Shown in pieces: positions 18,259 to 29,150 of a stretch of DNA of 64,000 bases; within the stretch, counting starts at the first letter, position 1; the number at the start of each line of letters is the position of its first letter. Where the stretch lies: the NCBI GenBank assembly GCA_025061115.1, contig JANZKC010000001.1, positions 288,001 through 352,000 of the forward strand, given 5' to 3'. The stretch is from Candidatus Culexmicrobium cathedralense (GTDB lineage Archaea > Thermoproteota > Methanomethylicia > Culexarchaeales > Culexmicrobiaceae). The notes below the pieces were generated by a model that was not told where the DNA came from, did no database searches, and saw only the letters and a list, made by a program, of their open reading frames with translations. A program made the translations under genes and the position numbers.

Positions 18259-20056
18259 AAACTCTCACTACTCCTAATTCATAATCATCCTTCACCTCGT
18301 AATATTGGGGATTAATGACAAAAATTTGGCATAGAGAAATGAAACTGCCACCTCGTTTAGACTTTAATTTTATCGCATCTACAAGGGTATCACAAGCTTT
18401 CGCGTAGACTTGAGATTTTTCATTTTCCTTTGCAATTGAAAGCGAAATATATATGGATTTTCCATTAATTAAATGTTCGAGTGCAGGGATTCTTCTCCAT
18501 AGAGAATCTTGATTTATAGATATGCTCAGCATTGACTTCTCAAGGTATTCATGAAACTTTGTTGAATCCATTGAAATAGGAGTAGTAATGTCTTGATTTT
18601 TTAACGCATTTTTTAAAGTGCCGAGTATATTTAAGTAATCGTCATGGTCAACTAGTACGCATTTAATTTCTATGCCAAGTCTTAGGAGAGAAGTTGAAGC
18701 TTTATAATAAAGATCTCTTTTCATAAAAATTGCCTCGCTCCAAAATCTTTTCAAATAACTGATAACCGCATTTAAATCATTTTCAACTTTCATCTGCAGC
18801 TCTCTTATGACGTCTTTGACGTATACTGAGTTAACAAGCTCAGTTGCTACATTAACATCTGCAACACTTTTAGAAAGATCATTTAAATTAACGATTTTTC
18901 TAGTTCTTTCAATAAGTATATTAGGGTAAACTCCTCTTGCTACATCATCGTAGTCGTAAATTATCGCAACGCCATCCTCACGTCTTGCACACCTTCCTAA
19001 ACGTTGTATTAGGGCATCTATTGGAGCTATTTCAGTTAATATTGACTTGAAGTCATAGTCAACACCTGCTTCAACAACTTGAGTTGCAACTACAACGTAG
19101 TCTTTAAGTCTTTCAGGTTCTTTTTCAAATTTTGTTTCTCGATTTTTTCGAGTAGATAGCTTTAATCTTGAGTGTAAAAGTTCTGCATTAAATCCCATTT
19201 CCTTGATTTTTTGGTAAGTCTTAACTGCTTTTTTGACAGTATTGCAAACTATAAGAGCAGGTAGTTTAAGGCTGTGCAGGGTATTTATATCGTCGATTAA
19301 CTTCTTGTGACGGATTTCTTCAACCTTAAGTAAGCCTCTCCTAGGTTTATCACTAGATGTTACTTCGACTAACTTCAGATTAAATCTATGAGATATATTC
19401 TTCAATTCTTCAAGTAGAGGCTGCGGCAAAGTTGCTGTCATTAATATCACTTGAGCTCCGGAGCTAGCTAAATTCACAATGTGATATGGAATTAGGGTCA
19501 TAGAATACCAGTTAGAGTCTTGGAGAAGCTGAACTTCATCTAATATGACTAGTGAACATGAAAGTTTTCCAAGTGGAAGTAGCAAATGGTGGCCATAAAC
19601 CCTAAATCCATATGCAGTATAAAATAACGTGTCGTAAGTTGTTAAAACTACATCGCCTTCTAGAAAGGATTTGCAGATGCTGAAGCCACCATAGTCAAGG
19701 AGAATAGTCAAAATTAGCGGTTTTAGCCTTAAGCTTATTGACTTACATGCTCTGCAGATCCTGCTATGCATGTTGCTTACTAAGCTCCTAGTTGGAAGAG
19801 CATATACTAAACTAAGCCACTTTCTCCATGTAAAAGCACTCGTAAAGTATGGAGTAATAGCAGCTTCAGTTTTTCCTGCCCCTGTAGGAGCCCTCAAAAT
19901 AACTATATCATTATCTTCATCAAGCGCTCTCCACAAGTCTTCGAAAAAATGAAATTTAATTAGGCTTCTACCCCTATCCTCTACAATAGCTTTAACTATA
20001 TTCCAGCAGCTATTTATGGTTCCTAGGCCACTGCTAGTTTCACTAGCTCTTTGCAT
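18251..20056 (-). CDS. cas3': Cas3' helicase
   Basis: APTGAGKT, DEVQ, MTAT, LHSRL, ATQVVEAGVD, QRLGRCAR. Confidence 0.95.
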   Translation of the reverse strand: MQRASETSSGLGTINSCWNIVKAIVEDRGRSLIKFHFFEDLWRALDEDNDIVILRAPTGAGKTEAAITPYFTSAFTWRKWLSLVYALPTRSLVSNMHSRICRACKSISLRLKPLILTILLDYGGFSICKSFLEGDVVLTTYDTLFYTAYGFRVYGHHLLLPLGKLSCSLVILDEVQLLQDSNWYSMTLIPYHIVNLASSGAQVILMTATLPQPLLEELKNISHRFNLKLVEVTSSDKPRRGLLKVEEIRHKKLIDDINTLHSLKLPALIVCNTVKKAVKTYQKIKEMGFNAELLHSRLKLSTRKNRETKFEKEPERLKDYVVVATQVVEAGVDYDFKSILTEIAPIDALIQRLGRCARREDGVAIIYDYDDVARGVYPNILIERTRKIVNLNDLSKSVADVNVATELVNSVYVKDVIRELQMKVENDLNAVISYLKRFWSEAIFMKRDLYYKASTSLLRLGIEIKCVLVDHDDYLNILGTLKNALKNQDITTPISMDSTKFHEYLEKSMLSISINQDSLWRRIPALEHLINGKSIYISLSIAKENEKSQVYAKACDTLVDAIKLKSKRGGSFISLCQIFVINPQYYEVKDDYELGVVRVYD

Positions 20057-21087
20057 AGATTTACACCTAACCCCCTGTCCAGAGTCCCCGAAGCAAGCCT
20101 CGCGAACATGTATAGGTCGTTAATCCTTCTGGTAAACAAGTATCTAAAGAGAGCATCAAGGGATGCGATATCCTTCAGTCTAGCAAGTCTTCTAACAATT
20201 ATCTGAAGAGCATCAAATGTTCCAACTTCACCCTCGACATAAATTCTCTTTAAGGCATCTATTACAGGGTCAATGCTAATCTCCTCATAACCTCTTATTT
20301 GAGGCACTTTCACTATCTCAAATGTCGTTGATAATGCCCTCCAAGAAGCATTGGAGTCAGCCAAAGCTACAACTACGTCTCCACTGAATAGAGTAATAAT
20401 AAGATTTGTAAATGTACTCAAAGGAAGATCTTCAATATGACGACTTAATTCATTTTTTGCTTGATCCATCTCCGGTCCGTGAATAAACTTTCTAACAACA
20501 TTCATTGTTTCACATAGAATTTCTCCATCAAAAGTTAGCAAGATCATGTTAGTTCTTCTACGAAAAGTAACAGGTATCATCATTGAGCTTGCTCCAAGCG
20601 CAGCAGCGGCTATGCACTGAGGACAAGCAGCATATCGTCTTGCGAGATACTTATATTCTCCAGTTAAATATTTTCCTAAATAAGGCGATAATGGAAGCCA
20701 AACTGTAGTCCCCTTACTTCCACGTCCCTCTCTATCTGCATGGCCGGGCTTTAATAGCCTTTCTAAATAATTAATACATGTACTCTTATCGCAAATTGAC
20801 TTTAAGGCGCCTTCTAAACCTCGCTTGGAACTCTTCATAACGACGCGCGCTCTATTAATTAAGAGATCTAATGTCTCCTCAATGCGCTTCCATGCGGCAT
20901 TTGCTAAGGCTTCACCAATAACATCGATATCGGCATTAACACTCAAACAAAACAAGCCGCCTAAACCCTCAAGTTCACAACTCAAATTGCTAGAACTGAT
21001 AGCTTCGAATAGGCCGTACATTATTAGCGTATCCATGAATAAACCATGGCCGGGAGTAAAAATTTTTGTAATCTTCATATTTATCAC
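20023..21087 (-). CDS. cas8a: Cas8a (Csa4-type) large subunit, type I-A
   Basis: FTPGH..DTLIMYG, PGH, LPLSPYLGKY, CPQC; operon position. Confidence 0.75.
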   Translation of the reverse strand: MINMKITKIFTPGHGLFMDTLIMYGLFEAISSSNLSCELEGLGGLFCLSVNADIDVIGEALANAAWKRIEETLDLLINRARVVMKSSKRGLEGALKSICDKSTCINYLERLLKPGHADREGRGSKGTTVWLPLSPYLGKYLTGEYKYLARRYAACPQCIAAAALGASSMMIPVTFRRRTNMILLTFDGEILCETMNVVRKFIHGPEMDQAKNELSRHIEDLPLSTFTNLIITLFSGDVVVALADSNASWRALSTTFEIVKVPQIRGYEEISIDPVIDALKRIYVEGEVGTFDALQIIVRRLARLKDIASLDALFRYLFTRRINDLYMFARLASGTLDRGLGVNLCKELVKLAVA

Positions 21088-21908
21088 CTAACTATAAGTT
21101 CTCCATCAACATCAAAAACTTCATGTGGAATTGAATATCTAATTTTAACAGTTGAAGGAGTATACGCAATAAATCTTATCCCCTTACGAGTACTATGCAT
21201 TTTTCTTTCGCATGGGATGATGTAGCCTTTAAGAGTCCTATGCTCATCGCACATTTTAATGTAAAGATATGAACCTTCAACATTAACTAAATCTTCACCA
21301 TAATGTGGCAAAGGATATTTAGTTTCAACAACTTTAATTTCAATCTTCTTGCAACTTGCTTCCCAAACTTCTACAACAGTACACAGGGATTCAGTGTCGC
21401 CTAATCGCTGTATTAAATATAGTGCTTCTGGCTTAACTTCTTCACTTAAAATCCAGACACACTTAAAGATTGCTGAAGTTACATATTCACGATAAAGAGC
21501 GTCGGTGAGTTCAACCTCAATAATCTTTCTTGCTTCATCAATTAAACCCTGACTTATCAAATCTAGGAATCGCTTAAATGGCGGAACGGCTTTACTCACC
21601 TTCGCTTCAAAGCCTTTGTCAAGTATTCGGAATCTTCTTAATATAACTGGAGAAACCACAACTGCTGGGCTTTCAATAGTTGCTCGAGCAGCCAAAATCA
21701 TATCTCTAGCAATGTTCAATGCCTTTAATCCAATTTCACGGTGAACACCAATACAATATGCTAATGCACCAACCAAAGTCGAGGGTTGAGGGATTGGAAG
21801 AGTAATTCCAACTTGAAAAGCTTCAGGATTTTTAATTGAAAAAATTGGAGAGCGTATTTTAGCGCATATCGCTGTTAAAGCCACTTTTCGACATCCTCCG
21901 CAGCACAC
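21084..21908 (-). CDS. cas5: Cas5, type I-A (true start probably GTG near 21884)
   Basis: FSIKNP.AFQ..LPIPQPSTLVGALA, RLGDTESL. Confidence 0.92.
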   Translation of the reverse strand: MCCGGCRKVALTAICAKIRSPIFSIKNPEAFQVGITLPIPQPSTLVGALAYCIGVHREIGLKALNIARDMILAARATIESPAVVVSPVILRRFRILDKGFEAKVSKAVPPFKRFLDLISQGLIDEARKIIEVELTDALYREYVTSAIFKCVWILSEEVKPEALYLIQRLGDTESLCTVVEVWEASCKKIEIKVVETKYPLPHYGEDLVNVEGSYLYIKMCDEHRTLKGYIIPCERKMHSTRKGIRFIAYTPSTVKIRYSIPHEVFDVDGELIVR

Positions 21909-22825
21909 GCTATTGCTTCACTTAATGATTTTTTCTCTTCAAATACCAATCCCACTTCTCTCAGTGCTTTTGCTGGCTCGCTCCCTACGGCATAAACTTT
22001 AAAGTCGCCTTCGCTAAGAAAACCTTTTTCTACGAGGGCCTTTAAGATACCTGCAGTTTCTTCAGCATAATCCATGTAAAATCCATGGATAGCATTTGGA
22101 ATTGGCCTCTTAGATATTAATATGATAGCTTCCGTTACCTTCATTATCGGCAAAGCTCGAGCTTGAGCAGCGCCGACTTGGCCGCTGAAAACATGTCCTA
22201 GAGATAATATTGCAGCTTTGATCCTTATTTTGCGCTCATTAACATCAATGACTTTACTTGGATTAGACTGTGAGCGGCCTGCGTAGGTCAAGTCCATTGT
22301 GCATCCAAAGCCATAAAGGCCGCTTGCGTATTCTCTCTTCATAATCATCATAGCTTGCTCAGTTGCTACTGCACCTTTCTCATTAATAACAACTCTATTA
22401 TGAGTAACAGCACTATACTCAGCTCGTATGTCCTCCACTGGAATTATAAATGAAAACTTGCACACGCTTTCTCTTCTTATTTGCTTATTTGGATCTAGAA
22501 AACCGTGAAGATCTTCGATGGCACATTTTTCAATGTATTCAATCTCATCGTTTAATCCAAGATTAGACCTAAACATTACATGACGGCTGCAATTTTCGCA
22601 TAGCTTGTCGTATCCCCAGCTCTTTAAAAGATCTACAAGCGCTACAGCATGCCAATGCTTAACCATATTGCCAGAAATTACCGGCTCCTCACTAACATCA
22701 ATACCTTCAGCAGTCCTTCTAACAACAAACATCTTAGACAATGACATGTAATTTCCAACGGCACCTTCTGCATTTGCACTATGGAGGTTAATTAAAGCTC
22801 TACCAGTTAAACGAAGATAAACCAT
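21875..22825 (-). CDS. cas7: Cas7/Csa2, type I-A
   Basis: NLHSANAEG..GN, ISGNMVKHWH, EDLHGFL, RRES, THNRV, EYASGLY. Confidence 0.95.
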   Translation of the reverse strand: MVYLRLTGRALINLHSANAEGAVGNYMSLSKMFVVRRTAEGIDVSEEPVISGNMVKHWHAVALVDLLKSWGYDKLCENCSRHVMFRSNLGLNDEIEYIEKCAIEDLHGFLDPNKQIRRESVCKFSFIIPVEDIRAEYSAVTHNRVVINEKGAVATEQAMMIMKREYASGLYGFGCTMDLTYAGRSQSNPSKVIDVNERKIRIKAAILSLGHVFSGQVGAAQARALPIMKVTEAIILISKRPIPNAIHGFYMDYAEETAGILKALVEKGFLSEGDFKVYAVGSEPAKALREVGLVFEEKKSLSEAIACAAEDVEKWL

Positions 22826-22829
22826 TTAC

Positions 22830-23234
22830 TCACCCCCTCTCCTGAATACCTTCATATGCGAGTGCAAGGGAGGCGACTACACTGCCAACAAGCCTGGGAT
22901 TGTGCTTAGCCAACTCAAGCACTCTGTTTATGCAGTCTCTGCCAACTCTGAATAACTTATCAACGTTTTCGACACCTTCCATAGTAAGCTTGTATTCCCC
23001 CCTCGTCAACCCTTCTTTTAATCGCCGCAGTACCCTTTCAAGAACACGTACACTTTCATATACAGCTCTAGCGAAATCTTCGACATCCCTAGGCCTAGCC
23101 AGCTTATCGAATAAGCCATAGTTTGCTTCAACAACCTTGTAAGCTGCCAAGTACCTTACAAATGCATCAATACAACGATCAGAGGTTAATGTATTTAGCA
23201 ACTCTTCCTTTCTCAAGTTAATAGCCTCCATCAA
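22830..23234 (-). CDS. csa5: Csa5 (Cas11) small subunit
   Basis: Small helical protein (NYGLFDKL, AVYESVR, VGSVVASLALA) directly before cas7. Confidence 0.7.
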   Translation of the reverse strand: MMEAINLRKEELLNTLTSDRCIDAFVRYLAAYKVVEANYGLFDKLARPRDVEDFARAVYESVRVLERVLRRLKEGLTRGEYKLTMEGVENVDKLFRVGRDCINRVLELAKHNPRLVGSVVASLALAYEGIQERG

Positions 23235-23324
23235 ATATTTAATAAATTAAAATACTTAAAAAATTTTCGATTATTTTTCTTAATTATAAAAATTATTAAT
23301 TAAACATGCAATATTCATGATAAA

Positions 23325-23981
23325 CTATGCAAGTAGCATGCCTAACTTAGTTACTTCAAACTCACGTCCAGTACGTCTAACTAATCCCTTCTCTTCAAGC
23401 CATAAGAGGTGTCGATGTATGGTGCTTCGATCCCTATCTAGCGAAGTAGCAATTCTTCCAGTATTTGCAGGACCATACTTGGCAAGAAAATGAAGAACAT
23501 TTAGCTTCTCCTTAGTAATAATAAAGTCTAAAACTTTATGGACTGGAGGAACCTTTAATGTTTCTCCGCGTCCTTCCAAAGATATTTCAATGTGAGGTTC
23601 TTTTTGCCAGCTAGTAAGTAAATAAGCGATAAAAGTAGCTAAGCATAGAGCACGCATACCGCCAACGATAGAAATTGCAACATTGGAATTCACTAAATCA
23701 GCGAAAAGCTCTCTAATCCGCCTAACAGCCAGATCTATTGAAGACAAATCAATGATGATTCTTTTAATGTTAATATTGATATTTCCAAGCATCATGCTGC
23801 AAATCCTATTAAGATCCATGAAAGCCCTATCAGCTCGCTCATCCTTAAAATTAGGCATTAATACGAAGATTCTAGCTCCATTACGTAAATTATGAGAAGC
23901 AACCGCTCGTATAAGTGGTCCTGATTCAAAACCTAAAGTTAAAACAACTGCATCAAACATGTCAGACTGTGCGTTGCTCAT
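23325..23981 (-). CDS. csa3: Csa3 CARF-wHTH transcriptional regulator
   Basis: TLGFE, GGMRAL, C-terminal wHTH (DRSTIHRHL..LEEKGLV). Confidence 0.9.
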   Translation of the reverse strand: MSNAQSDMFDAVVLTLGFESGPLIRAVASHNLRNGARIFVLMPNFKDERADRAFMDLNRICSMMLGNININIKRIIIDLSSIDLAVRRIRELFADLVNSNVAISIVGGMRALCLATFIAYLLTSWQKEPHIEISLEGRGETLKVPPVHKVLDFIITKEKLNVLHFLAKYGPANTGRIATSLDRDRSTIHRHLLWLEEKGLVRRTGREFEVTKLGMLLA

Positions 23982-24270
23982 ACAACATCTCCAAATAATA
24001 TATGGAAAGATAAAATAAATTCTTCATAACTCAAATGAACACCAGCGTAGAAAATTCATTAACTACTTCATTCAGTCCATCTAAACTTTACAACAAAGCA
24101 TTATATTAGAAAGATAGAAACACAATGTTATTGGAGCATCTTAAATACCAAAAACATTAGCTTTTATAATATCATAATAAAGGTAGGACAAATTTATTAA
24201 GATATTTTTCAAGTTTTTAAATGAATATTTATAAAATACGGCATATGTTTTAAGTTTGGTTGATGTTAGT

Positions 24271-25419
24271 TTATTTTATTAGTACGTTTAGAAGCAACTT
24301 TTCTAGGTTTGTTTCTGTTTTGGCGTCTATTGGTATTATTTTTGTGATTTTTCCTTTTTTGTGTGCTATGATTAGGTTTGTTGCGTTGTTTAGGTGGCAT
24401 GCGTGGTTTGTTATTATGTTTATTTTTTGTCCTACTTTGATGTCTTTTTCTTTGGTTATGTCTAGTTTTGCTACTTCTTGGGATACTGCTGTTATTATTG
24501 CTTTTGGGTGTTTTATTGCTTGTCCATATCCTTTTATGTTTCCTCTGATTTGTTTGTCGATGTATTTGCTTCCTGCGTTTATTATTGCTGTTTTTCCGTT
24601 TGAGTGTTCTGGTATTGATGTTATTGTTGCTAGTAGGGTTAGGGCGCAGTTTTCTAGTTTTGCTGATCCGTATGCTAGTGCTTGGGTTCGGTCGTAGTAT
24701 ATGTAGTTGCCCGGGAATAGGTGGGTGTAGATTGGTTCTTTTACGTCGAATCTGAAGGTTGGTGTTGATCCTGCTCCTACTATTTCAGCTTCAAGGTTAT
24801 TGGCTTTTAGGGATTTTAAGGCGATTTGCATTTGCTGGGCGGCTTGCTTTGCTATTTCTTCGACTTCCTTGGGGTTTTTGGCCTTGTACGCATTTCCTTG
24901 ATGAGTTGCTATGCCTATGAATTTTAGGTTTGAGTATTTTTCGAGTTTCTTTGCGAATTTTCCAACGTTTTCCGGCTTTACGCCGTATCTGTGATAGCCT
25001 ACATCTACTTTGATGCAGTATTCTGCTTTTAACTTTCTTTCCTCTAGTTTATTGTTCAAGAATTCTGCTACGTCTAGATTATCTATTCTTAGGATTACTC
25101 TTGCGCCGTTTTCAATTAGATTTGCTATTCGATTGAAGTTTTCTTTGTCTGCTATTGGGTAGGCTAGCATAACTGTGCTGGTTACGCCTGAGTTTATTAG
25201 TGCTTCTGCTTCAGTTATGGTTCCGCATAGGAAGCCGTTTGCACCTGCTTTCTTTTGAAGTTTTGCAATGTATGTTGATTTTGAGGTTTTGAACATTGGC
25301 CACAGGATTTTTCCATTTAACTTTGCCTTTCTTGCTGCTTCCCAAATATTGTTCATTAATTTTTCTAGGTCTACCAGTACGATTGGTGTTGGTAAATCTG
25401 TGATGTATAGTGCAGTCAT
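24271..25419 (-). CDS. PLP-dependent fold-type III enzyme (DSD1/D-serine dehydratase-like)
   Basis: LPTP..LVD, PMFKTSKS, VDVGYHRYG, GSTPT, PGNY, NHAC; start chosen at MTALYI. Confidence 0.85.
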   Translation of the reverse strand: MTALYITDLPTPIVLVDLEKLMNNIWEAARKAKLNGKILWPMFKTSKSTYIAKLQKKAGANGFLCGTITEAEALINSGVTSTVMLAYPIADKENFNRIANLIENGARVILRIDNLDVAEFLNNKLEERKLKAEYCIKVDVGYHRYGVKPENVGKFAKKLEKYSNLKFIGIATHQGNAYKAKNPKEVEEIAKQAAQQMQIALKSLKANNLEAEIVGAGSTPTFRFDVKEPIYTHLFPGNYIYYDRTQALAYGSAKLENCALTLLATITSIPEHSNGKTAIINAGSKYIDKQIRGNIKGYGQAIKHPKAIITAVSQEVAKLDITKEKDIKVGQKINIITNHACHLNNATNLIIAHKKGKITKIIPIDAKTETNLEKLLLNVLIK

Positions 25420-25847
25420 AACATCTAATATAGTTTGCAGACCATATATTATTGTTGCGACTTTCGTTAAATGATCCACAATGATTAGGATCAAAATGGT
25501 GCAGCGTTCGATAGAATGCATTTATATTAATGATAGTATTACAACTATTTTATTTATTAGTGTAAAAGAGATTTGCATAGTGAGTAAACTTTTAGATGTT
25601 CTTTCTTCTAATTTATATTTGGTGAAAGTATCTTGATTAGCACTTTTAGTCAGAAGTTTGATATGCTTATGGTCTTATTTTCCTTATTATTTGTAGTTGT
25701 TGTTCCTTCTGTTATGAATTTATTCGTTTTTTAAAGAAAAAAGTTAATTTATAAGATCTATAATGCAAAATTTGGTAACTTTCTATTGATTAATTTAATT
25801 GAATAACTTTATATTTCAACATTTATCAATTTAGATGGGGGATTTTT

Positions 25848-26669
25848 GTGTATGATTCTCTGATGGGTGGCAGGCAGTGGCCATTTAGGTTTCAATTATT
25901 TGTTTATGAGCCTGGTAGGCGTGTGATTGGGTTTCATTTAGTTTTGGATCCTCGCTCAATTTATAGGGCTTGCATTATTGGCGGTATCACGAACGTTTTT
26001 GCTTCTAGGGGAATTCCAATTATAAATTTCGCCGTATCTCTAACTCCATTTGAAAAGAACCACTGTGTATTATATGTTGACCTGAGTAATAATGAGGATG
26101 TTGATGTTATGGATTTACTTTCAGATTTAAAGCATGTTCCATACGTAGTTGATGTTATTTTAATCAAACCGCTTTTTGATGGCTTTGCTGCCGATCCATA
26201 TTTCTTCCCGTTGATATTTGGCGATGAGAGGGCCGTCATCTTTTTAAAGAGGGGGTATGAGGGATTGATTAAGCATGGAAGGAAAAAGCTCGGCTCAGGA
26301 TTTGACGCCATACTATACCTTGAAGGATACAATTTAGGTGCAAATACATTTTTGCGGTGGTATAAGGAATTGGCCGATAAAAGTTCTGAAAACCTACTGA
26401 AAATGGCTAAAACACTCTTCCAGCAAGTTGGATATGGAATTATAGTTATTGAATCCGTAAATACGGAAAGAGCTGAGGCAATCATTAGAATTTACGACAA
26501 CTTTGAATGCGAGCTTTTTAGGGGATCTGATAAGCCCGAATCCCACTTAGTTAGGGGAATGATTGCAGGATGGTTTAGCCAATTTTTCAATAAGAATGTT
26601 ATAGCAATAGAAACCAAGTGCATCGCTAAGGGCGATCCATACTGCGAATTTCAAATTAAGCCAAAATAA
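25848..26669 (+). CDS. ACT-like plus V4R domain protein
   Basis: DNFECE, RGMIAG, ETKCIAKGDPYCEF. Confidence 0.85.
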   Translation: MYDSLMGGRQWPFRFQLFVYEPGRRVIGFHLVLDPRSIYRACIIGGITNVFASRGIPIINFAVSLTPFEKNHCVLYVDLSNNEDVDVMDLLSDLKHVPYVVDVILIKPLFDGFAADPYFFPLIFGDERAVIFLKRGYEGLIKHGRKKLGSGFDAILYLEGYNLGANTFLRWYKELADKSSENLLKMAKTLFQQVGYGIIVIESVNTERAEAIIRIYDNFECELFRGSDKPESHLVRGMIAGWFSQFFNKNVIAIETKCIAKGDPYCEFQIKPK

Positions 26670-26751
26670 TATTCATTTGATTTTGACATCGAAATTGATG
26701 TTTTAGTCAAATTAATCAATTAAATAAAAGTTTTCAATACTTACTTATGCT

Positions 26752-27645
26752 ATGAGCAACATGTTTATTGAAGTGCAGGCTTCGCGCATCAATGTGGATT
26801 TGAGGAAGATTCTGCTAGCAGCATTGGCATTCATAGTTTTTGCAGCTAGTATACATTTTTATTTGGAGAGCCTAAGTGAAATGATCGTAATTTCTAATGA
26901 TCCCGACTTTTTAAGTGGGGAGAGCTGGAATGTAGGGTTCTACTCTGCAGATGCAACATCATATTACGTGTACCATAATGATGTTTATGCTTTTCATGTT
27001 GTCGACTTCACTGGAGATGATAAACTTGGTTGGGGCTTTGCTCATCAGGGATTGCTTCCCCACGGTTGGGGTCTCGCACCACCATTAAATTTTATGGTTG
27101 AAGTTAATCCTCGATGTCCTGGCCGGTTAATTCTAGAAATTAAGTTGAAGCGCTCCAAAGTTACTTGGCTTAATGGCAGCATTCCACATTGGCTAAGTAG
27201 ATATGGATTTAGGGGACATTGTCAAATAGGATTGATGCTTTGCTTTGAAATTCCAGGCAGAAATTACAATGCGAGCACAATTGTTGCTGACTCGAATTTT
27301 CAATTTGAAGTCACCTTTTTGAGGTGTAGATTGAAATTTGACGGTGAAGTAGCATTTCTAGGCGATGATTACCCATTTTGGACTCCTGAATACGATAACG
27401 ATACTCATGTGCTTTTCAGCATAACCCAAACATCCAGTGGCAAGTGGAATGAAATTAAAATTGACTTGACGCTATACTTATGGAGAGCGTGGAAAGCAGT
27501 TTCCAACCGCTTCGGAGAAGTCGGTTATGTTAGGTTAAGGTGGATTAACTTTTACATTGAAGTTCTAAATGCTCAAATAGATGTTGAAGTCGATTACATT
27601 AAATTAATTTACAAGCCTAGGCCGAAAATTGCATGCGGATTATAG
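26752..27645 (+). CDS. Hypothetical membrane-anchored extracellular protein
   Basis: Long ORF, one N-terminal hydrophobic helix, aromatic-rich remainder. Confidence 0.6.
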   Translation: MSNMFIEVQASRINVDLRKILLAALAFIVFAASIHFYLESLSEMIVISNDPDFLSGESWNVGFYSADATSYYVYHNDVYAFHVVDFTGDDKLGWGFAHQGLLPHGWGLAPPLNFMVEVNPRCPGRLILEIKLKRSKVTWLNGSIPHWLSRYGFRGHCQIGLMLCFEIPGRNYNASTIVADSNFQFEVTFLRCRLKFDGEVAFLGDDYPFWTPEYDNDTHVLFSITQTSSGKWNEIKIDLTLYLWRAWKAVSNRFGEVGYVRLRWINFYIEVLNAQIDVEVDYIKLIYKPRPKIACGL

Positions 27646-27647
27646 CG

Positions 27648-29030
27648 TCACTTTACCCTAACAATTTTAATTGTATGCTCATACTCCTCAAGTATGCCGT
27701 AGGTTAATACGGCTATTTCGCCGGTTTTCAGCTCTCCAAGCTTAATGAGCTTCATGTAGGTTGCATCAACCCCTTCATGGTAATCCTTAGCCTCAACTCT
27801 AAGAGGCTTAATGCCCCACACTATAGCCAGCTTCCTCAAGGTTTTAATATTATTTGAAGCTGCATAGAATGGAGTTGCCGGCCTAAACCTAGCTATTCTT
27901 AAAGCAGTTCTACCCATCTTAGTGTAAACTGCTAATTTTGCGTTTAATGATTCAGATAATACAACTACGCTATATGCAAAGCTTAACTTCACATCTCCAA
28001 CTCCTAGAGATGGGCGGCTCACCATCACCTTCGAATCATAAGCATCAATTATTCTCTTAAGCCACTTAACCGCCTCCAATGGATGCTCACCAATAGCAGT
28101 TTCCCCCGTAAGCATTATCGCATCAGCACCCTCACTGATCGCATTAACTACATCCGTAACTTCAGCCCTCGTAGGAGATGGATTTTCAATCATCGATGAA
28201 AGAACTTGAGTAGCCACGATAACAGGCTTCCCCATCCTTAAGCATTCATCTATAATTTTCCTCTGAAGCAAAGGAACTTTCTCCAGTGGAAATTGCATTC
28301 CCAAGTCGCCTCTTGCAACCAAGATTGCATCCGACAATCTAACTACATCAGACAAATGATTCACTCCGCCAACGCTTTCAATTTTCGCCATGACTCCAAT
28401 TTCATTAGCCCCAAACTCATCAAGAATATCTCTGAGAAGCCTAATGTCCTCCCCACTCTTAACGTAGCTTAAAGCTATATAGTCAAAGTCATTTTTAACT
28501 GCAAATTTTATGCAATTCAAATCTCTATCACTTATTGTTGGAACAGGAATTTCCTTCCCTCTAATCACAACCCCCTTATTCGAAGTCAGCCTACCAGCCG
28601 TCAAGGCCTTAACCCTAACTTCCCCCTCGCCTAGACCATCAACCTCGAATATGAGGTTACCATCATCCATTAAAATTAAATCACCAACTTCAACAACCTC
28701 AAAGAACTCCTTAACAGGTAATGGAATAGTCTTACTTTCAACATCTCCTGAGCCCTTAAGCTTAAACTTCAACTCATCCCCAAATTTAAAGCGAATCTCA
28801 CCAGGTAATTTTCCAATTCTAACAGAGCCGCCCCTCAAATCTCCAATTAGAGCTATTGGCCTTAAAACTTCACCATCAGCTTTTCTAACCGCCCTAACAT
28901 ATTTGGCCCACTCTTTCTGATCAGCATGGCTAAAATTCACTCTCAATCCAGATGCTCCAGCTAAAACAATCTCCTTAATTAGATTTGCAGATGAAGGGCC
29001 AATAGTAGCTATAATTTTAACTTTGCTCAA
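27648..29030 (-). CDS. pyk: Pyruvate kinase
   Basis: KIIATIGPSS, NFSH, AKIES, ARGDLG, ATQVLSSM, PTRAEVTDV. Confidence 0.97.
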   Translation of the reverse strand: MSKVKIIATIGPSSANLIKEIVLAGASGLRVNFSHADQKEWAKYVRAVRKADGEVLRPIALIGDLRGGSVRIGKLPGEIRFKFGDELKFKLKGSGDVESKTIPLPVKEFFEVVEVGDLILMDDGNLIFEVDGLGEGEVRVKALTAGRLTSNKGVVIRGKEIPVPTISDRDLNCIKFAVKNDFDYIALSYVKSGEDIRLLRDILDEFGANEIGVMAKIESVGGVNHLSDVVRLSDAILVARGDLGMQFPLEKVPLLQRKIIDECLRMGKPVIVATQVLSSMIENPSPTRAEVTDVVNAISEGADAIMLTGETAIGEHPLEAVKWLKRIIDAYDSKVMVSRPSLGVGDVKLSFAYSVVVLSESLNAKLAVYTKMGRTALRIARFRPATPFYAASNNIKTLRKLAIVWGIKPLRVEAKDYHEGVDATYMKLIKLGELKTGEIAVLTYGILEEYEHTIKIVRVK

Positions 29031-29150
29031 CTGGGCACCTCCTGCGCTTCTAGCCAGAATATAAGAACCATGAGGAGCTTAAAGAGATTGTGGCGAAATG
29101 AAAATAATGCTACCGTTAAAAATAGAAATTTGAAATTTGCTTTAAAATAA

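Noticed and set aside
24260-24697. Long antisense ORFs (also 45930-46337, 46613-47140, 55575-56096)
   Set aside because: Shadow ORFs caused by compositional skew opposite real genes or the leader
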